From positions 845-64,844 of the forward strand of contig JAZQBS010000022.1 of assembly GCA_045545875.1 (NCBI GenBank): a stretch of 64,000 bases of DNA. Direction: 5' to 3'. Source of the stretch: Bacteroidales bacterium (GTDB lineage: Bacteria > Bacteroidota > Bacteroidia > Bacteroidales > UBA3663). Made by a program: the position numbers and the translations under genes. The notes under the pieces are model-generated. The model did not search any database, had not been told where the DNA came from, and saw only the letters and a program-made list of their open reading frames with translations. Position 1 is the first letter of the stretch. Each line of letters opens with the position of its first letter. Positions 52,801 through 60,625 of the stretch are shown piece by piece.

Positions 52801-54058
52801 GAGAGGTGACGGTAAGATTGCTGAAGGTAAAGTCCGTCAGATCATATTCTTCGGGCATAGCAACGACATTGGTGAAACGATTGGCTTCGAGCGTGCAATT
52901 GCGGAAGGTGATATGATCGGCGTAGGAACGAGGCATCTCGGTGCGTCCCTTCAGGTCGAAGAACTGACGCCATGAAGCCACACGAAGCACGTCGCGCGTG
53001 TATCCGTTGACATTCTCGTAGGTGATATACTGGTAGTGTTGCGGCGTGTCGGGTCGCATCTTGAGCTGGAGCAGGTGGCTCGAACCATCGACAGTGCAGT
53101 TACGCACCAGCAGATTTCGGGCTCCGAGGCACTCGCTGCCGCAGGTGATGCTGCTGTTCCACGAGGTTTCCTCGACGAGAATGTTCTCGCAGGGACCATT
53201 GGCTTCGAGTTCGGGTGCATCGGGATATTTGCCACCCTTGAGGCAGATGGCATCGTCGTTCACGGTGATGCTACATCCCTTGATGAGCACGTTACATGTG
53301 GCATCGAGGTCGATACCGTCGGTACTGGCCGAAGCGATGGGATGATTAGGGCTGAAATAACGAACGTTCAGAATCTTGACGTGGTCGCACTTGTAGAAGT
53401 GACTGGTCCAGAAAGGTGAGTTCTGCAAGGTAACGCCCGAGATGGTGATGTTTTTGGAGAATTCAGCATAAAGGAGGCGCGGACGCTGCTCGTCCTTGTT
53501 CGTACACTTGGGGTTCCACTGGCGGCGCAGGCGGAAGTTGCGCCAATAGGTCGAACCGTTGCCATCCACCGTGCCCTCGCCGCAGAGCGTAAAGCCATCG
53601 GTGCTCTCCACGTTGATCAGGGCGGGGAAGTACTTGCACCATTCGCCCTCGATGCGTGTCATCTGGATGGGGAAGTCGTAGATGTCCTCGCTGCCCAAAA
53701 GTACGGCTCCACGCGAAAGGTAGAGGTTCACACCCTGCCGAAAATGAAGCGCACCACTCTTGTAAATTCCTTCGGGCACTACAATCACACCTCCCCCATC
53801 GGCTGCCGCGCGGTCGATGAGCTGCTGTATGGCCTCGGTCTGCACCTGATAGGGCGAACTGATGATGCCATAGTCGTCCAGTCGGTAAGTCGTGCCGAGA
53901 TCCGACAGAACAGGAGCCGTCGCATCGAGGAACCACGGTTCGATGACCGTCCCATCGGGGAAACGCTGCTGCGTGCCCTTCTTGGTTATCGTGACGGGGG
54001 CAGCAAGAAGTGAACACGAAACAAGAAGGACAAGCAAAGAGGAAAGTGTGCGTTGCAT
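49889..54058 (-). CDS. 1389-aa two-module glycoside hydrolase: N-terminal right-handed beta-helix (GH28-like), C-terminal GH106-like (alpha-L-rhamnosidase-type) with a jelly-roll tail
   Basis: It has a signal peptide. Beta-helix motifs are NSPFWTSHF...STDGIDLD...VNDDAICLKGG. From about nt 52700 downward the sequence KPWTRWWWLGAAYD...AEAGLGGLEVTDIYG is typical of the N-terminus of GH106-type enzymes as I recall them. The C-terminal part has a ...FSGTAEYS...VYLNGHYVG galactose-binding-like motif. Confidence 0.6.
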   Translation of the reverse strand: MQRTLSSLLVLLVSCSLLAAPVTITKKGTQQRFPDGTVIEPWFLDATAPVLSDLGTTYRLDDYGIISSPYQVQTEAIQQLIDRAAADGGGVIVVPEGIYKSGALHFRQGVNLYLSRGAVLLGSEDIYDFPIQMTRIEGEWCKYFPALINVESTDGFTLCGEGTVDGNGSTYWRNFRLRRQWNPKCTNKDEQRPRLLYAEFSKNITISGVTLQNSPFWTSHFYKCDHVKILNVRYFSPNHPIASASTDGIDLDATCNVLIKGCSITVNDDAICLKGGKYPDAPELEANGPCENILVEETSWNSSITCGSECLGARNLLVRNCTVDGSSHLLQLKMRPDTPQHYQYITYENVNGYTRDVLRVASWRQFFDLKGRTEMPRSYADHITFRNCTLEANRFTNVVAMPEEYDLTDFTFSNLTVTSPDTSLNRAAFKSGLVEQNVTYIVAPRMQWPEVTNQTKPWTRWWWLGAAYDTTDVRVALQQYAEAGLGGLEVTDIYGVQGEEERYKEFLSPEWVDLFCYTLDEAKRRDLGIDLANASGWPFGGPWIFDDLACKTKVPRVWHVKAGERFTEKVVCRQEPMIRGYNVPDIKEVQSPLYKNKQLQQWGLEQLRFEKDLPLIILTANGPDGQVIDLTSQVQTDGTLDWTAPAVANTTANDSSSQSDWILTALFLGDHGKLVERAGPGGEGDVMDHFSSEACLTFLSKFDEAFRGRDISYLRYYFNDSYEVDDARGMSDWTAKMFDEFEQRMGYDLRQHLPALLGQDTPEMNNRVTYDFRQVIEALILEKYTMTWSQWAKERGKGIRNQAHGSPANILDLYAVADVPEIEGRDLISIKAAPSAAHLTGKRLISSESCTWLNEHFLGTLGDAKQAIDLFFLGGVNHIFYHGTCFSPVRAEWPGWMFYAAAHFEPNNPWWGDFRHLNEYVTRTQSWLQQGRADTDVLVYYNITDLQAAYDERRPLRHYAGLDREMQESNTRRCIEQLDRLGFCWDMVSDRQILQLQVDKEGNLYPNTLNNPSTPKTLTSYKAILVPYSHQLPYETIVQLYRLAESGAKVIFERQLPDDVAGFKDFAQRNAEVQALAQKYADRVEVLANVSKLTIEGARPETSLYAQHLLCHRRILDDGSEVYYIANRGGSDYAGTINLKPARLHDYAAIYNPMTAAFGKVDVKRTALSNNLYLQLAQGEALIVHLHDQRYLGAPSYSFYAPMPNTAQIITDPWQLTFVEGGPVLPASRTISSLGSWTDFDDPDCKAFSGTAEYSITLPNVDRSGRAVQLSLGNVCNNASVYLNGHYVGTVLPAGSSASEVAEGTNCLIIPNNYFRGNDVLTVRVANSMGNRIADLERKGVHWQIFYNINMSPRRPENRKDGVFSAIDWEPQTSGLLGPVTLTPMKIVQ

Positions 54059-54070
54059 AAGATGATGAAT

Positions 54071-55537
54071 TTAGTGTGTGATGCCTTTCGGCGTATTCTC
54101 ACGTCCGAAGTCGAAGAGCTCCGACTCTGTGTGGCAACTGTCGATGATGGCGGTGAGCTCAGCAGCGATGTCGGGATGCTCAGCGGCTACGTTGTGGTCC
54201 TCATGGATGTCGTTGCTAAGGTCATAGAGTTCGAAGACGGGCTGGTCGGTGCCCACCTGGAGGCGCACACCCTTCCATTGGCCACGGCGCACGGCCTGCT
54301 TGCCGTTCTGCTCGTGGAACTCCCAATAGAGGCTCTCGTGACTCTGCTGGCCTTCCTGGCCCAAGAGCGTCGGAACGAACGAAATGCCATCGGTCAGGAG
54401 CGGCTTCTCGTAACCTGCCAATTGGGCGAAAGTGGGAAGCATGTCCCAGAAGGCGATGATGTGGTCGCAATCGGTTCCAGCAGCCTTGATATGGCCGGGC
54501 CAGCGGATCAGGAAGGGCATACGGATGCCTCCTTCATAGAGATCGCGCTTGATGCCGCGATAGGGGCCGTAGCTGTCGAAATAGTCTGGATTGGCTCCAC
54601 CTTCGCGATGCGGGCCATTGTCGGAGGTGAAGATGAGCACGGTATTGTCGGCGATACCCAGCGAATCGAGCAGCTGCATCACATCGCCCACATAGCGGTC
54701 GAAGCGCGTCACCATCGAAGCAAACGATGCCAATGGTCGCGCCGTGGCTCCGTAGGCGCCACGACGATTCGGGTCTTTGGGGGCATAAGGCACCTCATCG
54801 GCTTCGGGAATCAGGCGGCAATACATGTCATAGATGCTGTCGTGCGGCAGAATCAATTCGGCATGGGGCAGCGTATAGCTGAGGAAGGTGAAGAACGGCT
54901 GGTCGGCATGCTGGCGAATGAACTTGAGTGCCTGCTGATGGATGGTGTCGGCCGAATAGGTGACTTCGCGCTGCTCGTAGTTTTGCGGCAAGTCAACGCG
55001 TGCTTCATTGTTCCACAGATGGTCGGGATAATAGTCGTGAGCCAATGTCTGGCAATTGTAGCCGAAGAACTGGTCGAAGCCCACCTTTGTGGGATCGGAC
55101 ACCGAGCCGGGATAACCCAAGCCCCACTTGCCGAAACATCCGGTGGCATAGCCCTGCTCCTTCAGCATCGTTGCCATGGTGAATGTACCTTCGGGCATTG
55201 CCACCTGTCCTTCGGGATCCACGCCCTTGTTGCCACGAACGAAGGCATGACCCGTATGCAGTCCGGTCATCAGCGAGCATCTCGAAGGAGCCGACACAGC
55301 AGTTCCGGCATATGCCTGCGTGAAGCGCAAGCCTTGCTCCTGCAGTCGGTTGAGATTGGGTGTCTGAATCAGTTTCTGGCCATAGGGCTGGATGTCGCCG
55401 ATGCCGAGGTCGTCGGCAAGGATATAGATGATGTTGGGATGAGCAGGAGTTTCGTCCTTGGGCTTCTGGCTGCTGCAACTGGTGAGCGAAGCGACGGCGC
55501 CCATGAGGCAGCCGCCGGCGGAGAGGAGGTATTTCAT
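54071..55537 (-). CDS. S1-family sulfatase, Ser-type (formylglycine from Ser)
   Basis: 488 aa with lipobox LTSC. The active-site box VSAPSRCSLMTG has Ser in the C/S-x-P-x-R position. It also contains ADDLG and GKWG(L). Confidence 0.85.
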   Translation of the reverse strand: MKYLLSAGGCLMGAVASLTSCSSQKPKDETPAHPNIIYILADDLGIGDIQPYGQKLIQTPNLNRLQEQGLRFTQAYAGTAVSAPSRCSLMTGLHTGHAFVRGNKGVDPEGQVAMPEGTFTMATMLKEQGYATGCFGKWGLGYPGSVSDPTKVGFDQFFGYNCQTLAHDYYPDHLWNNEARVDLPQNYEQREVTYSADTIHQQALKFIRQHADQPFFTFLSYTLPHAELILPHDSIYDMYCRLIPEADEVPYAPKDPNRRGAYGATARPLASFASMVTRFDRYVGDVMQLLDSLGIADNTVLIFTSDNGPHREGGANPDYFDSYGPYRGIKRDLYEGGIRMPFLIRWPGHIKAAGTDCDHIIAFWDMLPTFAQLAGYEKPLLTDGISFVPTLLGQEGQQSHESLYWEFHEQNGKQAVRRGQWKGVRLQVGTDQPVFELYDLSNDIHEDHNVAAEHPDIAAELTAIIDSCHTESELFDFGRENTPKGITH

Positions 55538-55543
55538 TTTATT

Positions 55544-55730
55544 AGGGATATTAAGAGATATTTGGAGAAATTAAGGGATATTTGGGGATATTAAGGGATA
55601 TTTAGGGACGTTACTTTCGCCAGTAGAGAATGAGGTCAAGAAAACAATTGTTAATTGTTAATTATTAATTGTTATTTGAACCATCGTCCCTAAAAATCCC
55701 TTACAGTCCCTTAGAAACCCTTACATTCCC
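55544..55730 (-). repeat. structured intergenic element (AGGGATATTT-word arm / loop with AT words / complementary CCCTTAnnnn-word arm)
   Basis: The left arm is at 55544-55610 and the right arm at 55685-55730. GGGACGTTACTTTCGCC at 55605-55621 is the reverse complement of the GCGnnAGTAACGTCCC core seen at 5055-5070 and 6411-6426. Confidence 0.8.
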
Positions 55731-57359
55731 TTATTTCAGCAATCGATCATATCCGAGCGAGCGCATGCCTTGAGCAACGCTCTTGGCATTCTGCTGTGCA
55801 CCCGTCAGGCTGGTGTGGGTGTGGTCGTGGTTGTAGTAGGCCTTGGCGGCTTCCTGACCGATGCTATCGAGATAGTCGGCAGTGATGTTGTGTACGTCGA
55901 TGAAGGGCACACCAGTGGCTTCGACCACTTCACGATACCACTTGCCGTAGGTGTCATTGCGACGCTCGATCTTGCCACCAGGCCACTCGTTGCGTGGGGT
56001 AAGGCTAAGCAGAATTGGAGTAGCACCCTTCTCGCGCGCGTCCTGGATCATCTTCTTCAAATACCAGCCGAAGCTATAGACGGCCTCGTATTCGCCCGTG
56101 GCTTCGAGCTTGAAGACCTTGGTCGAATCGGTGCCCAAGGCGATTTCGCCACGTGCCTTGCCCTTTTCGATGTCGCCCACATCGTTGTGGCCAAACTGCA
56201 GGAAGACGATGTCGCCCGGCTGCAGCGAGTTATAGACCTTCTCCCAGCGACGCTCGTTGAGATAGGTGCGGCACGAACGGCCTGCCATGGCTTCGTTCTG
56301 GAAGATGACGGTAGCGGTGTCGAAGACGGTGTATGCCTGGCTGCCCCAGCCCCACATGCCGTTGGGATCGTTGTCGGAGTTCTTGCAGGTGGAGTCGCCG
56401 CAGAGCCAAACGACGGTCTTGCCCGGTGTGCGGTTCACATCGACGTGGATGGGCGTAAGGTCCTTGAGATACTCCTTAAGCGGACAGTTCTCGCACTGCT
56501 GGATAGCAAGCGCTGCGCTGTAGGCGTTGTTCTCAGCACCGAAGCGCGAGGTGTGGATCTTATCGACATAGTAGAACATGTACTCGGTCTTCCAATGTCC
56601 GAACTTCTCGAGACGCAAAGCACTTACGCCTTCGAGGTCAATCCACGGCACGTTCATCTCTTCGGCCACCGCCTTTCCCCACGGGGTGAACGTGTTCCAC
56701 TTGCGGGTGATGGTGGTCTCGTTGTCCCAAGAGTTGCGGGGCGTCAACGAAGCAATGAGCGGATAAGCGCCCTTGGCACGCACGTCGTTGATGAACATGC
56801 GCATATACTGTCCGTAGCTATAGACGGTCTCGACACGTCCGTTCCAGTCCTTCGAGCGACAGTCATGGAGCGTCACCGTGACGCAGGTATCGGGGTCGAT
56901 GCCGGCGATGCTGTTGCGTGCGGTCCAGGTGTCGAGGGGACCATTGTCATTGTGACCCAGTTCGATGAGCACATAGTCGCCAGCCTGCACGCCCTTGAGT
57001 ACATCGGGCCAAAGCTGGTTGTAGAACGTGCGGCTCGACGTTCCGCCGAGGGCATGGTTCTCGACGGTGATGCGCTCTTCGTCGAAATACTGATAGGCGA
57101 AGGCACCCCAACCCCATTGGCCGTTGTTACCATTGCCCTTGGTGCCGGTGCGCATCGTGCTGTTTCCGACGAGGAAGAGCACAGGATTGTTGCCCTTGCG
57201 GCTGGAGCCAGGAACGGGACGTGCATATTTCGAATCGGCATCCTCCGACTGCTTGTAGTTATCGACAGTGGTATCGTTGATGCCGTTGGCATCCTTCACT
57301 TGGGCTCCACCAACAAAGGCAGCGGAGAAAAGGGCTAGAGTGATGAGGGTTCTTTTCAT
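55731..57359 (-). CDS. tandem double SGNH/CE12-type esterase (rhamnogalacturonan acetylesterase-like)
   Basis: 542 aa. Two repeats each have block I (LVGNSTM / LCGDSTC), block III (GHND) and block V (D..H). A signal peptide is present. Confidence 0.8.
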   Translation of the reverse strand: MKRTLITLALFSAAFVGGAQVKDANGINDTTVDNYKQSEDADSKYARPVPGSSRKGNNPVLFLVGNSTMRTGTKGNGNNGQWGWGAFAYQYFDEERITVENHALGGTSSRTFYNQLWPDVLKGVQAGDYVLIELGHNDNGPLDTWTARNSIAGIDPDTCVTVTLHDCRSKDWNGRVETVYSYGQYMRMFINDVRAKGAYPLIASLTPRNSWDNETTITRKWNTFTPWGKAVAEEMNVPWIDLEGVSALRLEKFGHWKTEYMFYYVDKIHTSRFGAENNAYSAALAIQQCENCPLKEYLKDLTPIHVDVNRTPGKTVVWLCGDSTCKNSDNDPNGMWGWGSQAYTVFDTATVIFQNEAMAGRSCRTYLNERRWEKVYNSLQPGDIVFLQFGHNDVGDIEKGKARGEIALGTDSTKVFKLEATGEYEAVYSFGWYLKKMIQDAREKGATPILLSLTPRNEWPGGKIERRNDTYGKWYREVVEATGVPFIDVHNITADYLDSIGQEAAKAYYNHDHTHTSLTGAQQNAKSVAQGMRSLGYDRLLK

Positions 57360-57384
57360 AGAAGTGTGTGCTTGGTTATTTTTT

Positions 57385-57438
57385 TCTAGATTTTCTAGAA
57401 GCTCTAGATTTTCCAGATTATCTAGAGGTTCTAGAGAT
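57385..57438. repeat. TCTAGAnnn nonamer repeat (6 copies) in the spacer between the two esterase genes
   Basis: The copies are TCTAGATTT TCTAGAAGC TCTAGATTT TCCAGATTA TCTAGAGGT TCTAGAGAT. Confidence 0.8.
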
Positions 57439-57444
57439 TATCAT

Positions 57445-58701
57445 TTAGTTTCCGTCAGGCTTGGTCATATCCACAAAGGGGCAGTTGTTCCAATGGAAGG
57501 TTTCGATCGCATCGGGATGGGACGGATCGAACTGGCTGAATTCGGGCAGCACAAACGCGCCGATGGGCATTTCGGATTGTGCGAGAGCGGCGGCAACCAT
57601 CTTGGCAATCTCGTAGGCGCCATAGGGGTTGAAATGCGTATTGTCGGCAAGAGCCTTTTCCTGGCCAGGCCATGTGCCGGCAGGATAGTGCACGAAGGCA
57701 CGTTTCGAGTCCTCCTCTCCCATTGCTTCGTAGAACTTACCGGTCATAGCCTGCAAGTCGATGCAGAGAAGTCCTTCGCGCTCAGCGATGGCACGGATGG
57801 CGGCAGGATAGTCCTTGTGGGTGTTCTGGTTCACACCATTCTTGAAACTGCGGCGCATGGTGGGTGTGCAGAGGATGAGGGTGGCCCCCTTCTGTCGGCA
57901 CTGGTCGAGAATCATCTTCACCTGATGACTGAAGGCGTAGTAGGCACCATTGCCGGGGCGGTCGTCGGTCTTCTGGTCGTTGTGGCCGAATTCGAGTATC
58001 ACGTAGTCTCCTTCGCGAAGGAGGCTATGAACCTTGGCCCAACGGTTCTGGCCAATCAGGGTGGCTACGGCCAATCCGCTTTCGGCATAATTGGCCACGG
58101 CAAGACCTTCGTTGAGGAAACGTGGGATCATCTGTCCCCAGCTTGCCCAGGGTTCGTTGCTCTGATCGACCACAGTGCTGTTGCCCAGGAGATATAGGGT
58201 GGAAATCTGTTCATCGCGCTCGATGGAGATGCTTTGGATAGCAGGGGCATCGCCATTGATTTCGAAGGTGAGCTTGCGGTCCCAATGCAGTTTGCCTCCC
58301 TCATCGGGCTTCAGTTTCACCTTATCGGCCTTGCCTTTGGCATCGGTGAAGAGCGAATCGCGCTTGTTGACCACGAAGGTGCGCGTCACCAGTTCTCCCT
58401 TTTTAGTGGCAAGATTTTCGACAAAGAGGCGACGGCTCTCACAACGGATGGTTGTAATAGCAGCACGCTTCTTGCTGCCGATGGTGACGGTGACACGATA
58501 GTTGCCATCGGGTACATTGACACTGAAGAAGAAGGGGGCTGTGGAGCGGCCATCCCACGAGGTGCCCAGGTCATAGCCGTAGCCTGTGACATCGGTATAG
58601 GCTGCCACCTTGGGGAAAGAAACAGATAAACTAGTAAATTCCTCTGCTTGGAGCGAAAAGCCGCAGAGTAAAAGGACGAAAAGCGAAAAATAATGTTTCA
58701 T
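57445..58701 (-). CDS. CE12-type SGNH esterase with an N-terminal beta-sandwich domain (rhamnogalacturonan acetylesterase-like)
   Basis: 418 aa with a signal peptide. Motifs are LLGNSTV, EFGHNDQK and ADNTHFNPYGA. Confidence 0.8.
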   Translation of the reverse strand: MKHYFSLFVLLLCGFSLQAEEFTSLSVSFPKVAAYTDVTGYGYDLGTSWDGRSTAPFFFSVNVPDGNYRVTVTIGSKKRAAITTIRCESRRLFVENLATKKGELVTRTFVVNKRDSLFTDAKGKADKVKLKPDEGGKLHWDRKLTFEINGDAPAIQSISIERDEQISTLYLLGNSTVVDQSNEPWASWGQMIPRFLNEGLAVANYAESGLAVATLIGQNRWAKVHSLLREGDYVILEFGHNDQKTDDRPGNGAYYAFSHQVKMILDQCRQKGATLILCTPTMRRSFKNGVNQNTHKDYPAAIRAIAEREGLLCIDLQAMTGKFYEAMGEEDSKRAFVHYPAGTWPGQEKALADNTHFNPYGAYEIAKMVAAALAQSEMPIGAFVLPEFSQFDPSHPDAIETFHWNNCPFVDMTKPDGN

Positions 58702-58721
58702 TGGTGCTAAGAATTATGGTG

Positions 58722-58729
58722 CAAAGATA
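58722..58729 (-). promoter_or_regulatory. -7 promoter box (TATCTTTG on the minus strand) for the esterase/sulfatase/GH operon
   Basis: Exact match 21 nt upstream of ATG 58701. Confidence 0.45.
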
Positions 58730-58854
58730 ATAAATCTAACCAAGAAAAACAAAAAACGGGCTAAAAAGTTGGACAATTTATGTATATTTTATCCGTTTTT
58801 TGATTTTTCTTATCCAAAATAAAAATAAAATTTGGCGTTTTGGGTGGAAAATCC

Positions 58855-58862
58855 TATCTTTG
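58855..58862 (+). promoter_or_regulatory. -7 promoter box (TATCTTTG)
   Basis: Exact match 66 nt upstream of ATG 58928. Confidence 0.45.
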
Positions 58863-58927
58863 CGCCGTTAAAATCAAATATTGAAAAATCATTATCAGTC
58901 ATACACAAACTTCAAACTCTAAGGCTT

Positions 58928-59839
58928 ATGAAACAATTTCTACTTACTTCTGCATTGGCCCTTGGCGCTGCCATCGCCTTTGCCGAGACCGAGACTCCTC
59001 TCACCCTCGTAGAGGGACACACCCTCCTCATCTCCGAAATCGACGGACTGGGCGCAGCTGACACGGACATCGTGCGCTTCTACATCGTCAACAATTCAGC
59101 CGACAGCCGCGATACTTGGGGAATCGGTGGTTTTGCCAATTCCGACAACTGGACTCCTATCGTGCAGTGGACAGGCATGCCTGGCAGCAGCTGGACTTAT
59201 GAGTACACCGTAGCTGCCATCAAGGAAGTCGCCGGCACCACTCCAGGAGAGTATCATGACGTGGGGATCACCATCAACATCTACAACGATTGTGCAGTCG
59301 ATCATGTGACCCTCGTAGGCGACATCGCTCCACAAACCGAAAAGACCCTTTGGGAAGGCGAATACACCTTCGACGAGAGTTGGAGCGGTTCAGTCAGCAT
59401 CGGCAAGATTGACGTGAAGGCAGGCGACAAGCTCCTCATCACTGCCGAGCCCGTGGAGGCTGTAAGTTGGGAATGGGGCGGACAGTTATTCGTCAAGTCT
59501 CTCGCCGACGGCTGGGGTGCTATTGCTCCCACCATCAACGTCAATGCTGCTGACACTTATACGGTAGCCATCACCGACACCGATATCACAGTTGAGCCTT
59601 ACAAACTCGATCCCTACACTTCGAACATGGTGGCAGAACTCACCAACTATGGTCTCGTCCTTCAGGGAATCGACGCCAAGGTAACCAAGGTGGTGCTCGT
59701 GACCAGTGGCGAAACTTCCATCAGCGAAGTGAAGGCTGCTCCTGTTGCCAATAGCGCTATCTACAACATCGCTGGCCAGAAGCTCAACGCAGCCAAGGGA
59801 CTCTGCGTTGTGAACGGCAAACTTATTCTGGTGAAATAA
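58928..59839 (+). CDS. secreted protein with a T9SS C-terminal sorting domain (function unknown)
   Basis: 303 aa from ATG 58928; the track start is a TTG. The signal peptide is MKQFLLTSALALGAAIAFA. The C-terminus ...SAIYNIAGQKLNAAKGLCVVNGKLILVK matches the type-A Por/T9SS tail pattern. Confidence 0.75.
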   Translation: MKQFLLTSALALGAAIAFAETETPLTLVEGHTLLISEIDGLGAADTDIVRFYIVNNSADSRDTWGIGGFANSDNWTPIVQWTGMPGSSWTYEYTVAAIKEVAGTTPGEYHDVGITINIYNDCAVDHVTLVGDIAPQTEKTLWEGEYTFDESWSGSVSIGKIDVKAGDKLLITAEPVEAVSWEWGGQLFVKSLADGWGAIAPTINVNAADTYTVAITDTDITVEPYKLDPYTSNMVAELTNYGLVLQGIDAKVTKVVLVTSGETSISEVKAAPVANSAIYNIAGQKLNAAKGLCVVNGKLILVK

Positions 59840-59875
59840 GCAATTTACGACGACTTTTTCGTCTTCGACAACTCT

Positions 59876-59913
59876 CCCTCGGTACTAAAAACAGGTATCG
59901 AGGGATATTTTTT
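59876..59913 (+). terminator. intrinsic terminator of the T9SS-cargo gene
   Basis: The stem CCCTCGGTAC / GTATCGAGGG has one mismatch and a 9-nt loop, and is followed by ATATTTTTT. Confidence 0.65.
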
Positions 59914-59920
59914 GTCGCAA

Positions 59921-60280
59921 GCACTCTGTCGGCCGTCAGAGTGTTATTTCTAAATGCGGAAGCATTATGTCGGCCGTTAGAGTGCTATTTCCGAGCGAAG
60001 AGAGTATTCTGTCGGCCGTCAGAGTGTTATTTCCGAGCGAAGAGAGCATTATGTCGGACGTCAAAGTGTTATTTCCGAGCAGAGAAAGCACTCTGTCGGC
60101 CGTTAGAGTGTTATTTCCGAGAGTAGGAAGTACTCTGTCGGCCGTCAGAGTGTTATTTCCGAGCGAAGAAAGCATTCTGTCGGCCGTCAGAGTGTTATTT
60201 CCAAGCGAAGGAAGTACTCTGTCGGCCGTCAGAGTGTTATTTCCGAGCGAACAAAGTACTCTGTCGGCCGTCAGAGTGTG
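59921..60280. repeat. tandem array of a 42-nt unit (8 full + 1 partial copy), each with a ~20-22-nt imperfect palindrome
   Basis: Unit boundaries fall at 59921, 59962, 60004, 60046, 60088, 60130, 60172, 60214 and 60256. The consensus is G[CT]A[CT]TCTGTCGGCCGTCAGAGTGTTATTTCCGAGCGAAGAAA, with palindrome ACTCTG-T-CGGCCG-T-CAGAGT. The last copy runs into TGTTTTTC. Confidence 0.95.
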
Positions 60281-60477
60281 TTTTTCAAAAAAAAGACTGT
60301 GTGCCCTTTATATATAGTGAGTCTTTAAATCTTTATTTTTTTCTTTATCTTTAATAAGAACCGAGCGCGCGTATGAGGCGAGTGTACAGGTACGCATATG
60401 AGGCGCGCTCGCGTCATACACACGAGCCCGCGCGAAGAAAATTCAACAAAACTATACGTTTGTTGATCAAGAATCAT

Positions 60478-60508
60478 AAAAAAAGAACCCCACTTACAAG
60501 TGTAAATG
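60478..60508 (-). terminator. terminator-like hairpin plus U-tract downstream of tRNA-Leu
   Basis: The minus strand reads CCAUUUA CACUUG UAAGUGG, a 7-bp stem that includes one G-U pair, followed by GGUUCUUUUUUU. Confidence 0.45.
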
Positions 60509-60525
60509 GAGTTCGTTACAAGGAA

Positions 60526-60607
60526 GTACGGGTAGTGGGACTCGAACCCACACGCCTCGCGACACCAGATCCTAAGTCTGGCCTGTCTACCAATTTCAGC
60601 ATACCCG
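60526..60607 (-). tRNA. tRNA-Leu(UAG): tRNA-Leu, anticodon UAG, 82 nt with a long variable arm; CCA not encoded
   Basis: Folded by hand. Acceptor stem GCGGGTA/TACCCGT with a G1-U72 pair. D-loop AAAUUGGUAGA. Anticodon stem CCAGA/UCUGG with loop CUUAGGA. Variable arm about 14 nt. T-arm GTGGG TTCGAGT CCCAC. Discriminator A. Confidence 0.9.
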
Positions 60608-60625
60608 CCTATCGAATTTGCGGGC

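Noticed and set aside
59921-60280. The 42-nt array could be a CRISPR array.
   Set aside because: The segments between the palindromes are themselves conserved (GTTATTTCCGAGCGAAGAAA in every unit), so there are no unique spacers. The palindrome is only ~22 nt and the period is 42 nt. No cas genes or leader are present in the window.
59936-60317. Three ORFs lie inside the tandem array (59936..60175 minus, 59941..60126 plus, 59967..60317 plus), the last encoding 14-aa repeats LSAVRVLFPSEEST.
   Set aside because: A 42-nt period is a multiple of 3, so any stop-free unit yields open frames on both strands. Several frames are open at once, there is no promoter box or ribosome-binding context, and the upstream gene terminates before the array.
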